Assembly: GCA_964016885.1 (NCBI GenBank)
Contig: OZ024750.1
Coordinates: forward strand, 9,238,001-9,302,000
Direction of reading: 5' to 3'
DNA length: 64,000 nucleotides
DNA from: Eledone cirrhosa
Taxonomy: Eukaryota
Shown here: positions 48,023 through 62,015 of the stretch, one piece after another
Numbering within the stretch: the first letter of the stretch is position 1
Layout of the letters: the number at the start of each line of letters is the position of its first letter
Program-made: the position numbers and the translations under genes
Notes under the pieces: model-generated
What the model was told of the DNA's origin: nothing
Database searches by the model: none
Seen by the model: the letters and a program-made list of their open reading frames with translations, nothing else

Positions 48023-48349
48023 GGCACATGGCTTAGTGGTTAGAGCATTGGTCTTGCAATCGAAAGGTTGTGAGTACAATTCTCAGACCGGGTGATGTGT
48101 TGTTTCCTTGAGTGAGAGACTTTATTTCACATTGCTCCAGTTTACTCAGCTGTAGAAATGAGATGATAGGGACTGAGGTCCCTATCATTCCACTGCAAAG
48201 GGGTCGTGTAGGTGCCATGGCAAAAAAGTACCCAGCACTCACTATAAATGAGGTTGGTGTTAGGAAGGGCATCCAGCTGTAGAAATCAAGCCAGAATCAG
48301 TTCCCGTCCCACCCTTGCAAGCAGGGAAAAAGCGGACGTAAAATGATGA
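48023..48349 (+). mobile_element. Full-length CORE-type tRNA SINE with an RTE-derived 3' tail (5'-truncated copy at 29924-30205)
   Basis: tRNA-like head GGCTTAGTGGTTAGAG; CORE-like CCTTGAG..AGACTTTA...CAGTTTACTCAGCTGTAGAAATGAGATGATAG; tail matches the RTE 3' end at 47957-48000. Confidence 0.75.
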
Positions 48350-48520
48350 TAATAATAATGATAATAATAATATTAAAGTTATATTTAGAGGAAATCAACC
48401 AAAATTCTTCCACATAAAACACACTGCCTTCCTTGCGACTGGCACTTAATTTTCACAAAATAATCTCTACACTCTCTTCTTGGATTGTACACATTCATAT
48501 CATATATATATATATATATA

Positions 48521-48872
48521 AAGAAAAAAAGATGAAATCGAAAATGCAACTGGAGTCTTATTTTTTAAAAAATATATATATATTTATTTAGTTCCTTTAC
48601 CGGTTTCGCAGTTCTTCTGCTTTTCAAAAGTAGAGTTGAAATGGAGGGTCTGTGGTTTTTCTCACATGAGATGTGAGAAAAACCACAGACCCTCCATCTC
48701 AACTCTACTTTTGAAAAGCAGAACTGCAAAACCGGTAAAGGAATTAAATAAATATATATTTTTTTTTTTAAATAAGACTCCAGTTGCATTTTCAATTTCA
48801 TCTTTTTTTCTTTTACATCATTTTACATCCGCTTTTTCGATTTCATCTTTTTTTCTTTATACTTTCAATCGT
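48521..48872. mobile_element. Palindromic family B element (about 290-bp palindrome, centre 48669)
   Basis: Near-perfect arms; minus strand of the left arm reads GAACUGC-GAAA-CCGG-UA-AAGGAA, resembling a hammerhead 3' half. Confidence 0.72.
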
Positions 48873-48999
48873 GTATATATATATATACATGCCGTCTAAA
48901 CCCATGCTAGCGTGGAAGATAGACATTAAACGATGATGATGACATTGTATATATCTATATGAGAGAGAGAGAGATTGCATGCTTCAGTACATACATATG

Positions 49000-49033
<34 letters not shown>

Positions 49034-49450
49034 ATTGCATGCTTCAGTTCTTATATTAATATTCCTGCAATGAGATAAACAACCGTGTAAGAAAGAAATA
49101 AAGAATTAGAGAAATAAAGTATATATATGTATATATGAGAGAAGAGAATAAAAATGGAAGTAGATGTCAAGGAGATAGAAATCAAGATCAAATACAGCTT
49201 GCTGCCAAGGATTAGCCTTAGTAATCTGACATAGTGTAAGGATTCTAAAGATGGAAGCTGAACAGCCTACGGATTATTCTCATCAAGTCAATAGCTTGGT
49301 TATTAATGACAGCAGCTGACTAAAGTGTCTTGCAGACATCTTGATAATCTGATTGTATGGAAACCTACTTGGAGTGAGACAACAAAGAAAGAAGAGAGGA
49401 TTGGAAGATAGAAAGAAGAAAATAGAGAAGCTAGAGAGATATAAGAATGG

Positions 49451-49488
<38 letters not shown>

Positions 49489-49549
49489 GGATAGATAGAT
49501 GTAGAGAGAGAGATAAGAATAATATATACTTTTCTTATCTCTCTCTCTG

Positions 49550-49590
<41 letters not shown>

Positions 49591-52255
49591 ATTCTTATTT
49601 CTCTGGATGGAGAGAGAAAGAGAGAGAAATAAGAATGGGATAGATAGATGTATACCAAGAGAGAAAGAGATAATAATGAGAGAGATAAATTAGAGAGGAA
49701 AGTTAGAGCAAAATTTAGATTTAGAAGTAAAGAGATAAATCAGAGTGAAAAGAAAACAGGAGTGAAAGAGATACTGTGAAATTATAATGGGAGAGAGTGA
49801 TGCTCTACCAATTGTGTCAAATTCGACCACCATTGTTTTTAGTAATATTGATAATATAAGGACTGGATTAGCAGAATCAATGGAACTGTAAAGAAAATAT
49901 CTTATGATATTTAGTTACAATTCTTGCCATTCTGAGTTCAAATCTCACCAAGATTATATCTTTGTTTTTCATCTTTCCTGGGTCAATAAACTAAAGTACC
50001 AGTCATATATTGGGTCAATTTAATTGACTTTCAGGATAGATTACTTTAATCCAATTCCTGTTAAATATCTTCTTATATTTGCTGTTGAAAAGTCATAAGA
50101 TTCTTAGTTAAGGAATTCTCTTTATGGTTTTAATTTATGTTAGCAGCCTGTCTGAGGAAGGAGTCCTGCGAGATGGAGTGGCTGTTGCAAGCCAACATAC
50201 TTGTAGCATTACTGTGGGTAATGGCGAGGCTAAGGTACTGAAACAACCAAGTACCCTCCCTGGCATCACCTAAATACTTTGGTAAGGCAAGCCACCAACG
50301 ATGACAAGAACCTCGCTCTTAGCAGCCCAGCTTCAGCTGGATAAAACGTATATTGTGGTATTTGTTCTGGATCTCTGTGCTTTTCTACAAGACAAATGAA
50401 TATATGGAGAAATACTGAATATAATTGTTTCTACTTTTGACACAAGGCCAGCAATTACCCAGTTCATTACTGGTACTTTATTTTATCGACCCCGTAAGGA
50501 TGAAAGGCAGAGTTAACCTTGGCGGGATTTGAACTCAGAATGGCAAGGGCCGTAACTCTATGCGTCAAAGCATATACCGATACTGCCAAACCAGTGAAAA
50601 TATAGGTAGAAACGGCAGACAGAGAGTTACTAAATTTGACATATTTAAAAAAAAAGAATATGGAATGAGAGATGAGATAAAAATAGAACTACAAAGGTGA
50701 AGAAAACTAAAATGAAAAAAGAAATTAAAAACAAAAATATATAATTTTAAAAATTAATTATAAAGATAATATAATTTGAAGAAAATTGAAAAACAAAAGT
50801 TTTTTTCTTCTGGAAAGTGAAAGAAGAAATTTGAACATACAAACTGAAAGAAATATTGTAACTGTTGGATTTTTGTTATTGCTACAGCTACTACTGTTGT
50901 TGTTGCAGGTGCTTCTCTTTGTTATTGTTGATGGTTGTTATGGTAGTAGTGGTGGTGATGGTGAGTTGTTATTTTGGTGGTGGTGGTGGTGGTAGTGGTG
51001 AGCAGCTGTATTGGTGGTGGTGGTGGTAGTGGTAATAGCAGTGATGAGCAGCTGGTGGTGATAATGGTGGTGATAGTAGTGGTGAACTGTTACATTGGTT
51101 GTAGTAGTAGTAGTTAAAAAAGATTAAAAACAACACAAAAAAAAAGGAAGGAAGAAAAGATAAAATAAAATTAGTTGTAATTATTTACAAAACTAAAAAA
51201 ACATTTCTTTTTTATCATTGTTATATTGTTGTTTTTCTAGAGGTGTTGCTGTTGTTGTTGTTGTTGTCTTGAGGATTTTTGTGTTATTAAAGTTGTTATC
51301 AATAATCCTTCATGTAATATATATTATTGATGCTGTTGTTGTTTAGGCCTCTTATCAGCCCTTAATCAAACAAAACTATGATTTAAAACATTCCAGTTAT
51401 GACAGTCTTACCTTTTTTTCTATGTATGTCTAGGACTACATTGTTTAATATGTCCAACCATTTCTCTAGATGGTAGAGCGTGATTTGAAGAAAGTTCTAG
51501 TAGGCGTCCTTAATCTTTGATGAGATTCTTCTCTTGACTAATGAGACTCTCTTATTAGCTCATTAACTAGTACTTATAGCTGTCATTAATCTTAGAGTTG
51601 TATTCTTTCTACTATTACTACTAATACTATTACTACCGCCACTACTACTACCACCACTACTACTACTACCACTACCACCACTACCAACACCACCACCACC
51701 ACTACCACCACCACCAGTACTACTACTACTACCACTACCACCACTGACATATTCTCTGTTCTTCCTGTGGCAGTTCCCACCAAACCCCACAAAGAGTAGA
51801 TTTGTTCTTTCATCCTTAACAGGTTCCTATAAAATATAGTGCTAGGAACACTTTAGAACCAAATCAATTCTATTCTATTCACTGTAGACTGCCCCCATAA
51901 CACTTATATAACAATTGGTCAGGCGCCAAACAGGCCATTCTCATCATTTTCATTCTTTTCCTCATCATCATCACCATCATTATCCTCATTATCATCATCA
52001 CCATCGTCATCACCATCATCATTATCATCATTATCAGCGTCATCATTATCATCATTATCATTATCAGCGTCATCACCATCATCACCATATTCATTATCAT
52101 CATCATCTTCATCATCCTCACCTTCATCATCATCATCATCATCATCATTACCATTGTCATCATCATTATCACCATCATCATCATCATCATTACTATCATC
52201 ATCATCATCATCATCAACACCACCTTCATCATCATTATTATCATTATTATTATTG

Positions 52256-52450
52256 GGTGGTGGATTGTCAGTATCAGTAGAGCGTCAGACACCATGCTTT
52301 GCAGCATAGGAGTTATGGCCCTTTACGATCTGAGTTAGAATCCCGCCGAGGTTAACTTTGCCTTTCATCCTTACGGGGTCGATAAAATAAAGTACCAGTA
52401 ATGTACTGGGGGTAATTGCTGGCCTTGTGCCAAAAGTAGAAACAATTATT
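52256..52450 (+). mobile_element. Full-length tRNA-derived SINE; further copies at about 2518(+), 37180(-), 37441(+), 41696(-), 42808(-), 49862(+), 50422(-), 53701(+), 57665(+), 57860(-), 59173(-), 59313(-), 62202(-)
   Basis: Same consensus. Confidence 0.85.
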
Positions 52451-52689
52451 ATTGTCAGTATTTGTTGATACTTTTACTGTATGTATATGTGACTATATAT
52501 ATGTGTGTGACTGTGTGTATGTGTGTTTGTCTCCATCTCCATAACAACACTGTTTCAAGCCAGCAGTGATGTTTGTTTATGTTCTGCATAAACACTAAGC
52601 TTCACAGTTTAACATTTCAATGAAGGTCAGCCAAGAATGCACCATACTTTTTTAAAAAAAACGGAAAGATATAAAAATAAGTACTGGTT

Positions 52690-53273
52690 GTTGTCTGACT
52701 GTAAAAGACTGCCATTGGAAAAATTCCATCCAGTTCTTGCTAACAGAAAAAAAATGGATTTAAAACTGATTACGACAATGATAATGATGATGAGATCTGT
52801 TGGATCGGGACTGACCCGGGGCTAAATAATTAGAAAAAAAATTACCTTAAGTCTGACTGTAAAAGAACTGCTGTCAGAGAAATTCCATTCAGTTCTTGCT
52901 AACATGGAAAAAAAATGGACGTAAAACTAATGATAATGATGATGAGATCTGTTGGATCGGGACTGACCCGGGGCTAAATAATTAGAAAAACAATTACCTT
53001 AAATCTGACTGTAGAACTGTTGTCAGAGAAGTTCCAACCATTTCTTGCAAACATTGAAAAAAAAGTGGACGTAAAACTGATGATATCTGCTGGATCAGGG
53101 CTGACCCAGAACTAATCATCATCATCATCATCATCATCATCATTTTATGTCTGCCCTTAAGTCTGACTGTAGAACTATCTCATCAGAGAAGTATCAACCA
53201 GTTCTTGCAAACATTGAAAAAAAAGTGGACGTAAAACTGATGATATCTGCTGGATCAGAGCTGACCCAGAACT

Positions 53274-53306
<33 letters not shown>

Positions 53307-53592
53307 TTTATGTCTGCCCTTAAGTCTGACTGTAGAACTATCTCATCAGAGAAGTATCAACCAGTTCTTGCAAACATTGAAAAAAAAGTGGACGTAAAAC
53401 TGATGATATCTGCTGGATCAGAGCTGACCCAGAGCTAATCATCATCATTTTATGTCCGCCCTTAAGTCTGACTGTAGAATTGTCATCAGAGAAGTATCAA
53501 CCAGTTCTTGCAAACATGGAAAACAAAAATGGACTTAAAACTGATTATCATGACAATGATGATGATGATATCTGCTAGATCAAAGCTGACTT
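52690..53592 (+). repeat. Tandem array of six units of about 150-185 bp containing an RTE/SINE-like tail
   Basis: Repeated TCTGACTGTA...CCAGTTCTTGC.AACA..GAAAAAA.TGGACGTAAAACTGATGAT..TCTG.TGGATC. Confidence 0.85.
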
Positions 53593-54112
53593 GATAATAA
53601 ATACCCAGAATATAATTACTTTTAGTCCAAATAACAGTAGGATTCTCTTTGTTCTACTACTACTACTACTACTACTACTACTATTATTATTGTTATTGCT
53701 AGGGTGGTGGATTGGCAGTATCAGTAGAGGGTCGGACGCCATGCTTTGCAGCATAGTTACGGCCCTTTATGATCTGAGTTCAAATCCCGTCAGGGTTAAC
53801 TTTGCCTTTCATCCTTACGGGGGGTGATAATATAAAGTACCAGTAATACATTGAGAAAATTGCTGGCCTTGTCCCAAAAGTAGAAACAATTGTTATTGCT
53901 ACAATGGCGATGCCCCAGCATGGCCTCAGCCTATCAGCTGTAACATGTAACAGGGTAATATAATCACAGGAGTTGCCAATAACAGCTGTTATATTTTTCA
54001 ATCTACTCATTTGTTAGTCTTTCATTTTCAATCAGAATATTATCTTTCACCAACCTGGTCTCCTTCATTTAAATTACTTTGTCTTCTTCTTTGCCTCTTA
54101 ATTTTGGTTTTT

Positions 54113-54141
54113 TATATATACATACACATACATATATAGAT

Positions 54142-54208
<67 letters not shown>

Positions 54209-54358
54209 TGTATATACACACACACACCACCATCATCATTTTACGTCCGCTTTTCCCTGCTTGTATATATATATATATATATATATTCACATATATATAT
54301 ATATATATATTCACATATATATATATATATATGTGAATATATATATATATATATGTGA

Positions 54359-54417
<59 letters not shown>

Positions 54418-54581
54418 TATATATATATATATACACATATATATATATATATATATATTCACATATATATATATATATATTCACATATATATATATATAT
54501 ATATATATATTCACATATATATATTTATATATATATATATATATATTCACATATATATATTTATATATATATATATATATA

Positions 54582-54626
<45 letters not shown>

Positions 54627-54861
54627 ATATATATATTCATATATATATATATATATTCATATATATATATATATATTCATATATATATATATATATTCAC
54701 ATATATATATATATATATTCACATATATATATATATATTCATATATATATATATATATATTCACATATATATATATATATTCATATATATATATATATAT
54801 ATTCACATATATATATATATTCATATATATATATATATATATTCACATATATATATATATA

Positions 54862-54951
<90 letters not shown>

Positions 54952-55099
54952 TATATACATGTGTGTGTGTGTCTGTGTATATATAATTATATACACTGTC
55001 TTTTCTCACTTTAATCATTAATTACTTTGCTTGATATTTCATTTTCCTAATTACAGTTTTTGTTTTCTGTATATTTTGATCACATATTTATGTGTTTGT

Positions 55100-55130
<31 letters not shown>

Positions 55131-55361
55131 TTGTCTATGTGTGTATATATGTGTATATATATATGTGTATGTGCATATGTGTATGTGTGTATATATATGT
55201 GTATGTGTGTTTTTATATATATATATATGTGTTTGTATGTATATATATGTGTTTGTTTATATGTGTGTATATATATATATATATATGTGTGTTTGTGTAC
55301 TTGTGTGTGTGTGTATATCTATGTTTGTGTATATATATATGTGTATGTATATGTCTGTATA

Positions 55362-55406
<45 letters not shown>

Positions 55407-55656
55407 TTGTGTATATGTGTGTGTATATCTATGTTTCTGTATATATGTGTGTATATGTCTGTGTATATATATGCGTGTATATATGTGTGTTTGTGTGTGT
55501 ATGTACATGTGTGTGTGTGTGTGTGAAAATACATACATGCATACTAACACAAAAACACAGCCATACAGATAAATGTATACATACATATATACATACTGCC
55601 ATAAAAACACATATAGACATACAGATGAATATTTATACACACATCTATATATATAA

Positions 55657-55716
<60 letters not shown>
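54113..55716. repeat. Long compound (TA)n/TTCACA/(TG)n microsatellite
   Basis: Direct inspection. Confidence 0.92.
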
Positions 55717-55718
<2 letters not shown>

Positions 55719-55807
55719 TCAAATCTGATTGATTTCCTTCTTGACAGTCTATCAAATTTATAATATATTGATATAGAAAAAAGACGAGAACAAAACAAAA
55801 ATATAAT

Positions 55808-57428
55808 AGTGTGGGGGTGGTAGTAGTAGTGGTGGTGGGGTCGGGGGTAGTGGTGGTGGTGGTGGTGGTGCGGGGGGGTAGTGGAGGTGATGTGGGGAGG
55901 GGTAGTGGTGATGGATGGGGGGGTAGTGTGGTGTTGGTGGTGGTGGTGGTGCGGGGGGTAGTGGAGGTGATGTGGGGGAGGGGTAGTGGTGATGGATGGG
56001 GGGGGGGGGTAGTGTAATGGTGGTGGTGATGGTGTGGTGGTGGAGGTGGTGTTGGTGGTGGTGTTGTTGGTGGTGGTAGTGGTGGTGGTGGTGGTGCGGG
56101 GGGTAGTGGAGGTGATGTGGGGGAGGGGTAGTGGCGATGGGGATGGGGAGGGGGTTAGTGTAATGGTGGTGGTGATGGTGTGGTGGTGGAGGTGGTGTTG
56201 GTGGTGGTGGTGGTGTTGTTGGTGGTGGTAGTGGTGGTGGTAGTGGTGAATGTAGTGGTGATGTTAGTGTTAGTAGTGATGATGATGGTGGTGATGGTGG
56301 TGGCAGCCTTAGTGGGAATAGCGATGGCAGCTGTAGTGGAGGTAGTGGTGAAGGTGGTGGTGATGGAGGTGGTAGTAGTAGTAGTAGTCGAGGTGATAGT
56401 GGTGGCAGCTGTAGTGGAGTTAGAGGTAGTGAAGATGATGATGGTGGCAGTGGTGGTGGTGGTGGTGGTGGTGATGAAGGTGGTAGTGGTGGTGATGTTG
56501 GGAGCGGTAGTGGTGGTGTTGGTGGCGGTAGTGGTGAAGGTAGTGGTGGTGGTGTTGGTGGTGGTGTTAGTAATAGTAGTGGTGGAGGTAGTGGTGGTAG
56601 TTGTAGTGGTGAAGGTGAAGGTGGTGCTGGTATTAGTGTTAGTAATAGTCATGGTGGAGGTAGTGGTGGAGGTAGTGGTGGATGTAGTGGTGGAGGTAGT
56701 GGTGGAGGTAGTGGTGGATGTAGTGGTGGAGGTGGTGGTGGAGGTGGTGGTGGAGGTAGTGGTGGAGGTGGTGGTGGAGGTGGTGGTGGAGGTAGTGGTG
56801 GATGTAGTGGTGGAGGTAGTGGTGAAGGTAGTGGTGGAGGTAGTGGTGGATGTAGTGGTGGAGGTAGTGGTGGAGGTAGTGGTGGAGTTAGTGGTGGATG
56901 TAGTGGTGGAGGTAGTGGTGGATGTAGTGGTGGATGTAGTGGTGGATGTAGTGGTGGATGTAGTGGTGGAGGTAGTGGTGGAGGTAGTGGTGGAGGTAGT
57001 GGTGGATGTAGTGGTGGAGGTAGTGGTGGATGTAGTGGTGGATGTAGTGGTGGAGGTAGTGGTGGTGGAGGTAGTGGTGGAGGTAGTGGTGGAGGTAGTG
57101 GTGGAGGTAGTGGTGGAGGTAGTGGTGGAGGTAGTGGTGGATGTAGTGGTGGAGGTAGTGGTGGATGTAGTGGTGGAGGTAGTGGTGGAGGTAGTGGTGG
57201 AGGTAGTGGTGGTAGTTGTAGTGGTGGAGGTGAAGGTGGTGCTGGTATTAGTGTTAGTAATAGTCATGGTGGAGGTAGTGGTGGAGGTAGTGTTGGTGGT
57301 GTTGGTGGTGGTGTTAGTAATAGTAATGGTGGATGTAGTGGTGGAGGTAGTGGTGGAGGTAGTGGTGGAGGTAGTGGTGGAGGTAGTGGTGGTGGTAGTT
57401 GTAGTGTTAGTGTTAGTAATAGTGTTGG
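55808..57428. repeat. (GGT)n-derived repeat with a 12-bp GTAGTGGTGGA(G/T) block
   Basis: Explains the poly-Val and poly-Thr ORFs. Confidence 0.92.
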
Positions 57429-59788
57429 AAGACAAGAATATTGATTTGTTTATTCTGTGGAATGTGATTTCTCCAAGATGTAGTTGATCACTGGTAATTA
57501 TAAAAACTAATGGTTCACTCTATTGGCTTCATTTGAAGTAGTTTTGACTTATTTTTATTTATCAATAATTCACTTATCTTTTTATAGTTTACACTTGTAT
57601 AGGTTGGATAGATTTACAAATATCTGTAAATTCTAATACTTCATTAGATATTTTTGTGTAATTATGGATTAGCAGTAAGATCGGTAAAGCATCGAACAAT
57701 ATGCTTTGTGGCAGAGTTTAGATCCTGCCAAGGTTAGCTTTGTCTTTCCTCCCTCATGGAAGTTGATAAAATAAAGTATCAGTAACACACTAGAGTTAAT
57801 TTGATTCGCTTTCACCTTCTCTGCAAATTGCTTGCCTTGTGCCAAAAGTAGAAATAATAATTGTTGCTACTTTAGGCACAAGGCCAGCAATTACTCAGTG
57901 CATTACTGGTACTTTATTTTATCAACCCCGTAAGGATGAAAGGCAAAGTTAACCTCGAGAATGACAATCTATTTTGTAGTCAATTCTCTCTCCTCTATGC
58001 TAATAACTGTGAATTTTAATGCAATATTAATACTAGTCACGATCTTTTATTTGCCTACAAAAATATGTGAAGAAGCAAGTGAAGCCTTTCTGCATCAGGT
58101 AGTTTTGTAGTTCTCTTTCTATTCACTAAATACAGCTGAAATTTCTGCTTCCTTAAGAAGATTGTCTCCATTCACATTGTGGAGTTCTTCTATACAATCT
58201 TTCTCTGTATGTAACACTGTTGCTGCTTGCTTCGGTTCCATGTTTCCACAGTATACACAGTATGAGACTGCTGTCTATATAACCACCATCTTCGCATCGA
58301 TACACTAGTACTTCTTTGATCAATTCAAAAAAAGGAGAACAAAGAAAATACTGGTCTGGTCTGACAACATCAAAGACTAATCTAGTCACAACACAGAGAC
58401 ACTTCTACACATGATGGAGAACAGAGAACAATGAGCTTGGCTGGTTTCGCTTGGGGATCTAGTCTGGAGACAGTTGCCTCTGACAGGACCCGCTGAGTGG
58501 AGTTCTTTGAGGACTCTGCCCCCCGTGACCTTCTCAGGAATAAGTGAGCAAAGAAGAAGAGGATTTAATTTAAATTTCAGTGTTTTAACTTAAATTTCAG
58601 TGTTTTAACTTGAATGTTTTTCTATTATACAACAGATGTGGTCTTGGGTGGCTTGATATTAAAAAGGTTAATCTTTTCCTTCCTCTAACTTTAATTCATT
58701 ATACACATAATTTACTGTCAGCATTATTGCATTTAAATATCACAGGATTAGGCAATGGTGGTTGTTGTCTTGAAAGAATTGATTCTTCGACAAACATTAT
58801 TTACATGATTTATGCTTAGAATAATTATGTGAAGTAGAAATTAAGTGCATTTCTAGGAAGTTTAGACTTAAAAGGATTTATTTATTCATTTAAGTTATGG
58901 TTCACAATTAACTCAAGCTAAATACGTGAGCTATTGTGAACTGGGATTATAGTTAATATAGTTTTATGTAGTAGCCATTAACAACTGGATTTATAGATAC
59001 CATCGTCATCATCGTGACCACCATCATCATCATCATCATCACCATCATCATCATCCTCATTATCATCACCATATCATCATCACTATCATCATAATCATCA
59101 CCAAAGAAAAAACCTATCTATCTAATACCCACATAAAAACAATGATAATAATAATAATAATAATAATAATAATGTTTCTACTTTTTGGCACAAGGCCAGC
59201 AATTATCCCAGTACATTACTGGTACTTTATTTTATCGACCCCGTAAGGATGAAAGGCAAAGTTAACCTCGGCGGGAATTGAACTCAGATGGTAAAGGGAC
59301 GTAACTATAATAATAATTGTTTCTACGTTAGGCACAAGGCCAGCAATTATCCAGTGTATTACTGGTACTTTATTTTATCGACCCCGTAAGGATGAAAGGC
59401 AAAGTTAACCTCGTAACTATAATAATAATGATGATGAATACTGTTATTGTGGAATAAATCAACAGCAAATGTAATATGTGTTTTCAAGTGGCTCAAGTGG
59501 CTTTTATAAAATATATTTGTCTCTGTTTCAAGAAACAAACTCACATCATTTCACTTGTCAACCATTTAAAACTAAAAAAAATCAAAAACTATTATTTCTA
59601 TAAAATGTTATTTCTCATATTTTAAGAAAAAACAAATATTTTAAATCTTTCTCTTTGTTATATACTTTCTTTTATCGAATAATTTGGGGGGTTTTTTCCT
59701 GTTACAAATGTGGACACTTCTAAAGATTTATTTAGATGTATTTTTAGTTCCAACCATAGAGAAGAGATAACAAATTGATAAAAACATT

Positions 59789-60640
59789 CAACTCTTTAGT
59801 TACCAACCTGACCAAAACCAGCTCTGGTGCTATGAAATAAAACCACCCATTTGAAAGGTTTTCTATTTAACCCTTTAGTTACCAACCTCGCCAAAACCAG
59901 CTCTGGTTCGATGAAATAAAACCACCCATTTTAAAGATTTCCTATTTAACCCTTTAGTTACCAACCTGGCCAAAACCAGCTCTGGTTCGATGAAATAAAA
60001 CCACTCATTTTAAAGATTTCCTATTTAACCCTTTAGTTACCAACCTGGCCAAAACCAGCTCTGGTTCGATAAAATAAAACCACTCATTTTAAAGATTTCC
60101 TATTTAACCCTTTAGTTACCAACCTGGCCAAAACCAGCTCTGGTGCTATGAAATAAAACCACCCATTTTAAAGATTTCCTATTTAACCCTTTAGTTACCA
60201 ACCTGGCCAAAACCAGCTCTGGTTCGATGAAATAAAACCACTCATTTTAAAGATTTCCTATTTAACCCTTTAGTTACCAACCTGGCCAAAACCAGCTCTG
60301 GTTCGATAAAATAAAACCACTCATTTTAAAGATTTCCTATTTAACCCTTTAGTTACCAACCTGGCCAAAACCAGCTCTGGTTCGATAAAATAAAACCACT
60401 CATTTTAAAGATTTCCTATTTAACCCTTTAGTTACCAACCTGGCCAAAACCAGCTCTGGTGCTATGAAATAAAACCACTCATTTTAAAGATTTCCTATTT
60501 AACCCTTTAGTTACCAACCTGGCCAAAACCAGCTCTGGTGCTATGAAATAAAACCACCCATTTTAAAGATTTTATGAAATAAAACCACTCATTTTAAAGA
60601 TTTCCTATTTAACTCTTTAGTTACTGGCTTGGACAAAACC
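59789..60640. repeat. 79-bp tandem repeat beginning with a TTAACCCTTTAG piggyBac-like terminus
   Basis: Period 79 (59871 to 59950), about 10-11 copies. Confidence 0.92.
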
Positions 60641-60922
60641 AGGTTAATGAACTTAATAAATCTATAGCAAATCTATATATTTCTTCTATTTAGACCTGGG
60701 AATATTAAGTAGGCAATATTTGACCTGTCAGTGTAGGAAGTATGTTTACTGCATACCTAATAGAAATTCCAATGAAGATAACATAGAAGAGTTTTTCATA
60801 ATAGAAGATTACATGGATTAATATTTGGTTATGAAACAGAAAATTAATTTTCAAATTAGGCAAAGTATCTGATTTCCACTAAACATAGTTGCATTAGATT
60901 ATTTCTCAATAATATATGTGTG

Positions 60923-60971
<49 letters not shown>

Positions 60972-61044
60972 ATGTGTATATAATCCTCTCAATTGTACTT
61001 AACAAATAATTGGACCCTTATAACTATCTATCTCTCTCTCTCTC

Positions 61045-61127
<83 letters not shown>

Positions 61128-61623
61128 TAATTTATATATATATATATATACACATATATGTGTGTAGGTGTCACAACAAAAAGACACACAGTCCACGCTG
61201 TAATGTGGCCATGTAGGTAACATGGTAAAACCCTCCCAGTCCACAGTGTAAACGTGGTTGGTGTTAGGAAGGGCATCCAGCCATAGAAAATCCGCCAGAC
61301 AGTCCTATACGAGCAAGACAACCAATCTTGCCTCAAGTGGTGAAAATTCCCGTCCAGACCCATGCAGGCGTGGAATATGGACGTTAAACGATGATGATGA
61401 TAATGACATACATATATATATGTGAGTGTGTGTGTGTGTGTTTGTAAGAGATTATAATGGAGTATTTAATTAACAGATTCTGATTAACTTGTTGTTTAGT
61501 CTTATAACCTGTATAGAAACAAATACAAAAATTGAAAAATGGATTTAATTGATAACCTTGATTTTCTTCATTTTCAATAAATATATATATAAAGGTAGAA
61601 CACTGGAAGGTAATATCCGTAGT

Positions 61624-61662
<39 letters not shown>

Positions 61663-61820
61663 CGTTTCTGAATTTGTTTAGCAAGATTCTTTATCTGAAA
61701 TCGTGTGTTGAAACCGATATTATAACCGATATTATATAATATCATCATTCATCATTTCATTTTACATCCACTTTTTCCCTGCTTGCAAGGGTGAGACAGG
61801 AACTGATATATATATATATA

Positions 61821-62015
61821 TAACGAAGGAATTGTGGTAAGGAACCAGATGGACCATAACGCACCAAAGTACTCAATACTTAGGGTAGTAGAGTGGGTAA
61901 TAGGAACAAGTATGACCCCGACGGCAGAGCTCAAGCCGTTTCGACAGCTATTTCAGTTCAGAAATAGCTGTCGAAATGGCTTGAGCTCTGCCCTCGGGGT
62001 TATACTTGTTCCTAT
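61821..62015. mobile_element. Palindromic family A element (palindrome 61900-62015)
   Basis: Homologous to 7909-8104; bounded by (TA)n. Confidence 0.75.

Noticed and set aside
51879-52307. His-rich and Met-rich ORFs
   Set aside because: (CAT)n microsatellite.
53070-53420. Repeated CTGATGA in the 52.7-53.6 kb tandem array
   Set aside because: It derives from the AAAACTGATGAT retroelement-like tail; no GAAA or stem III follows.
54069-55798. Many YI/HT/CV-rich ORFs (also at about 5.4-6.3, 13.6-14.3, 27.5-28.8 and 45.8-46.4 kb)
   Set aside because: Dinucleotide microsatellite translations.
56155-57487. Mucin-like Thr-rich and poly-Val ORFs
   Set aside because: Translation of (GGT)n and 12-bp simple repeats; no flanking exons or signal peptide found.
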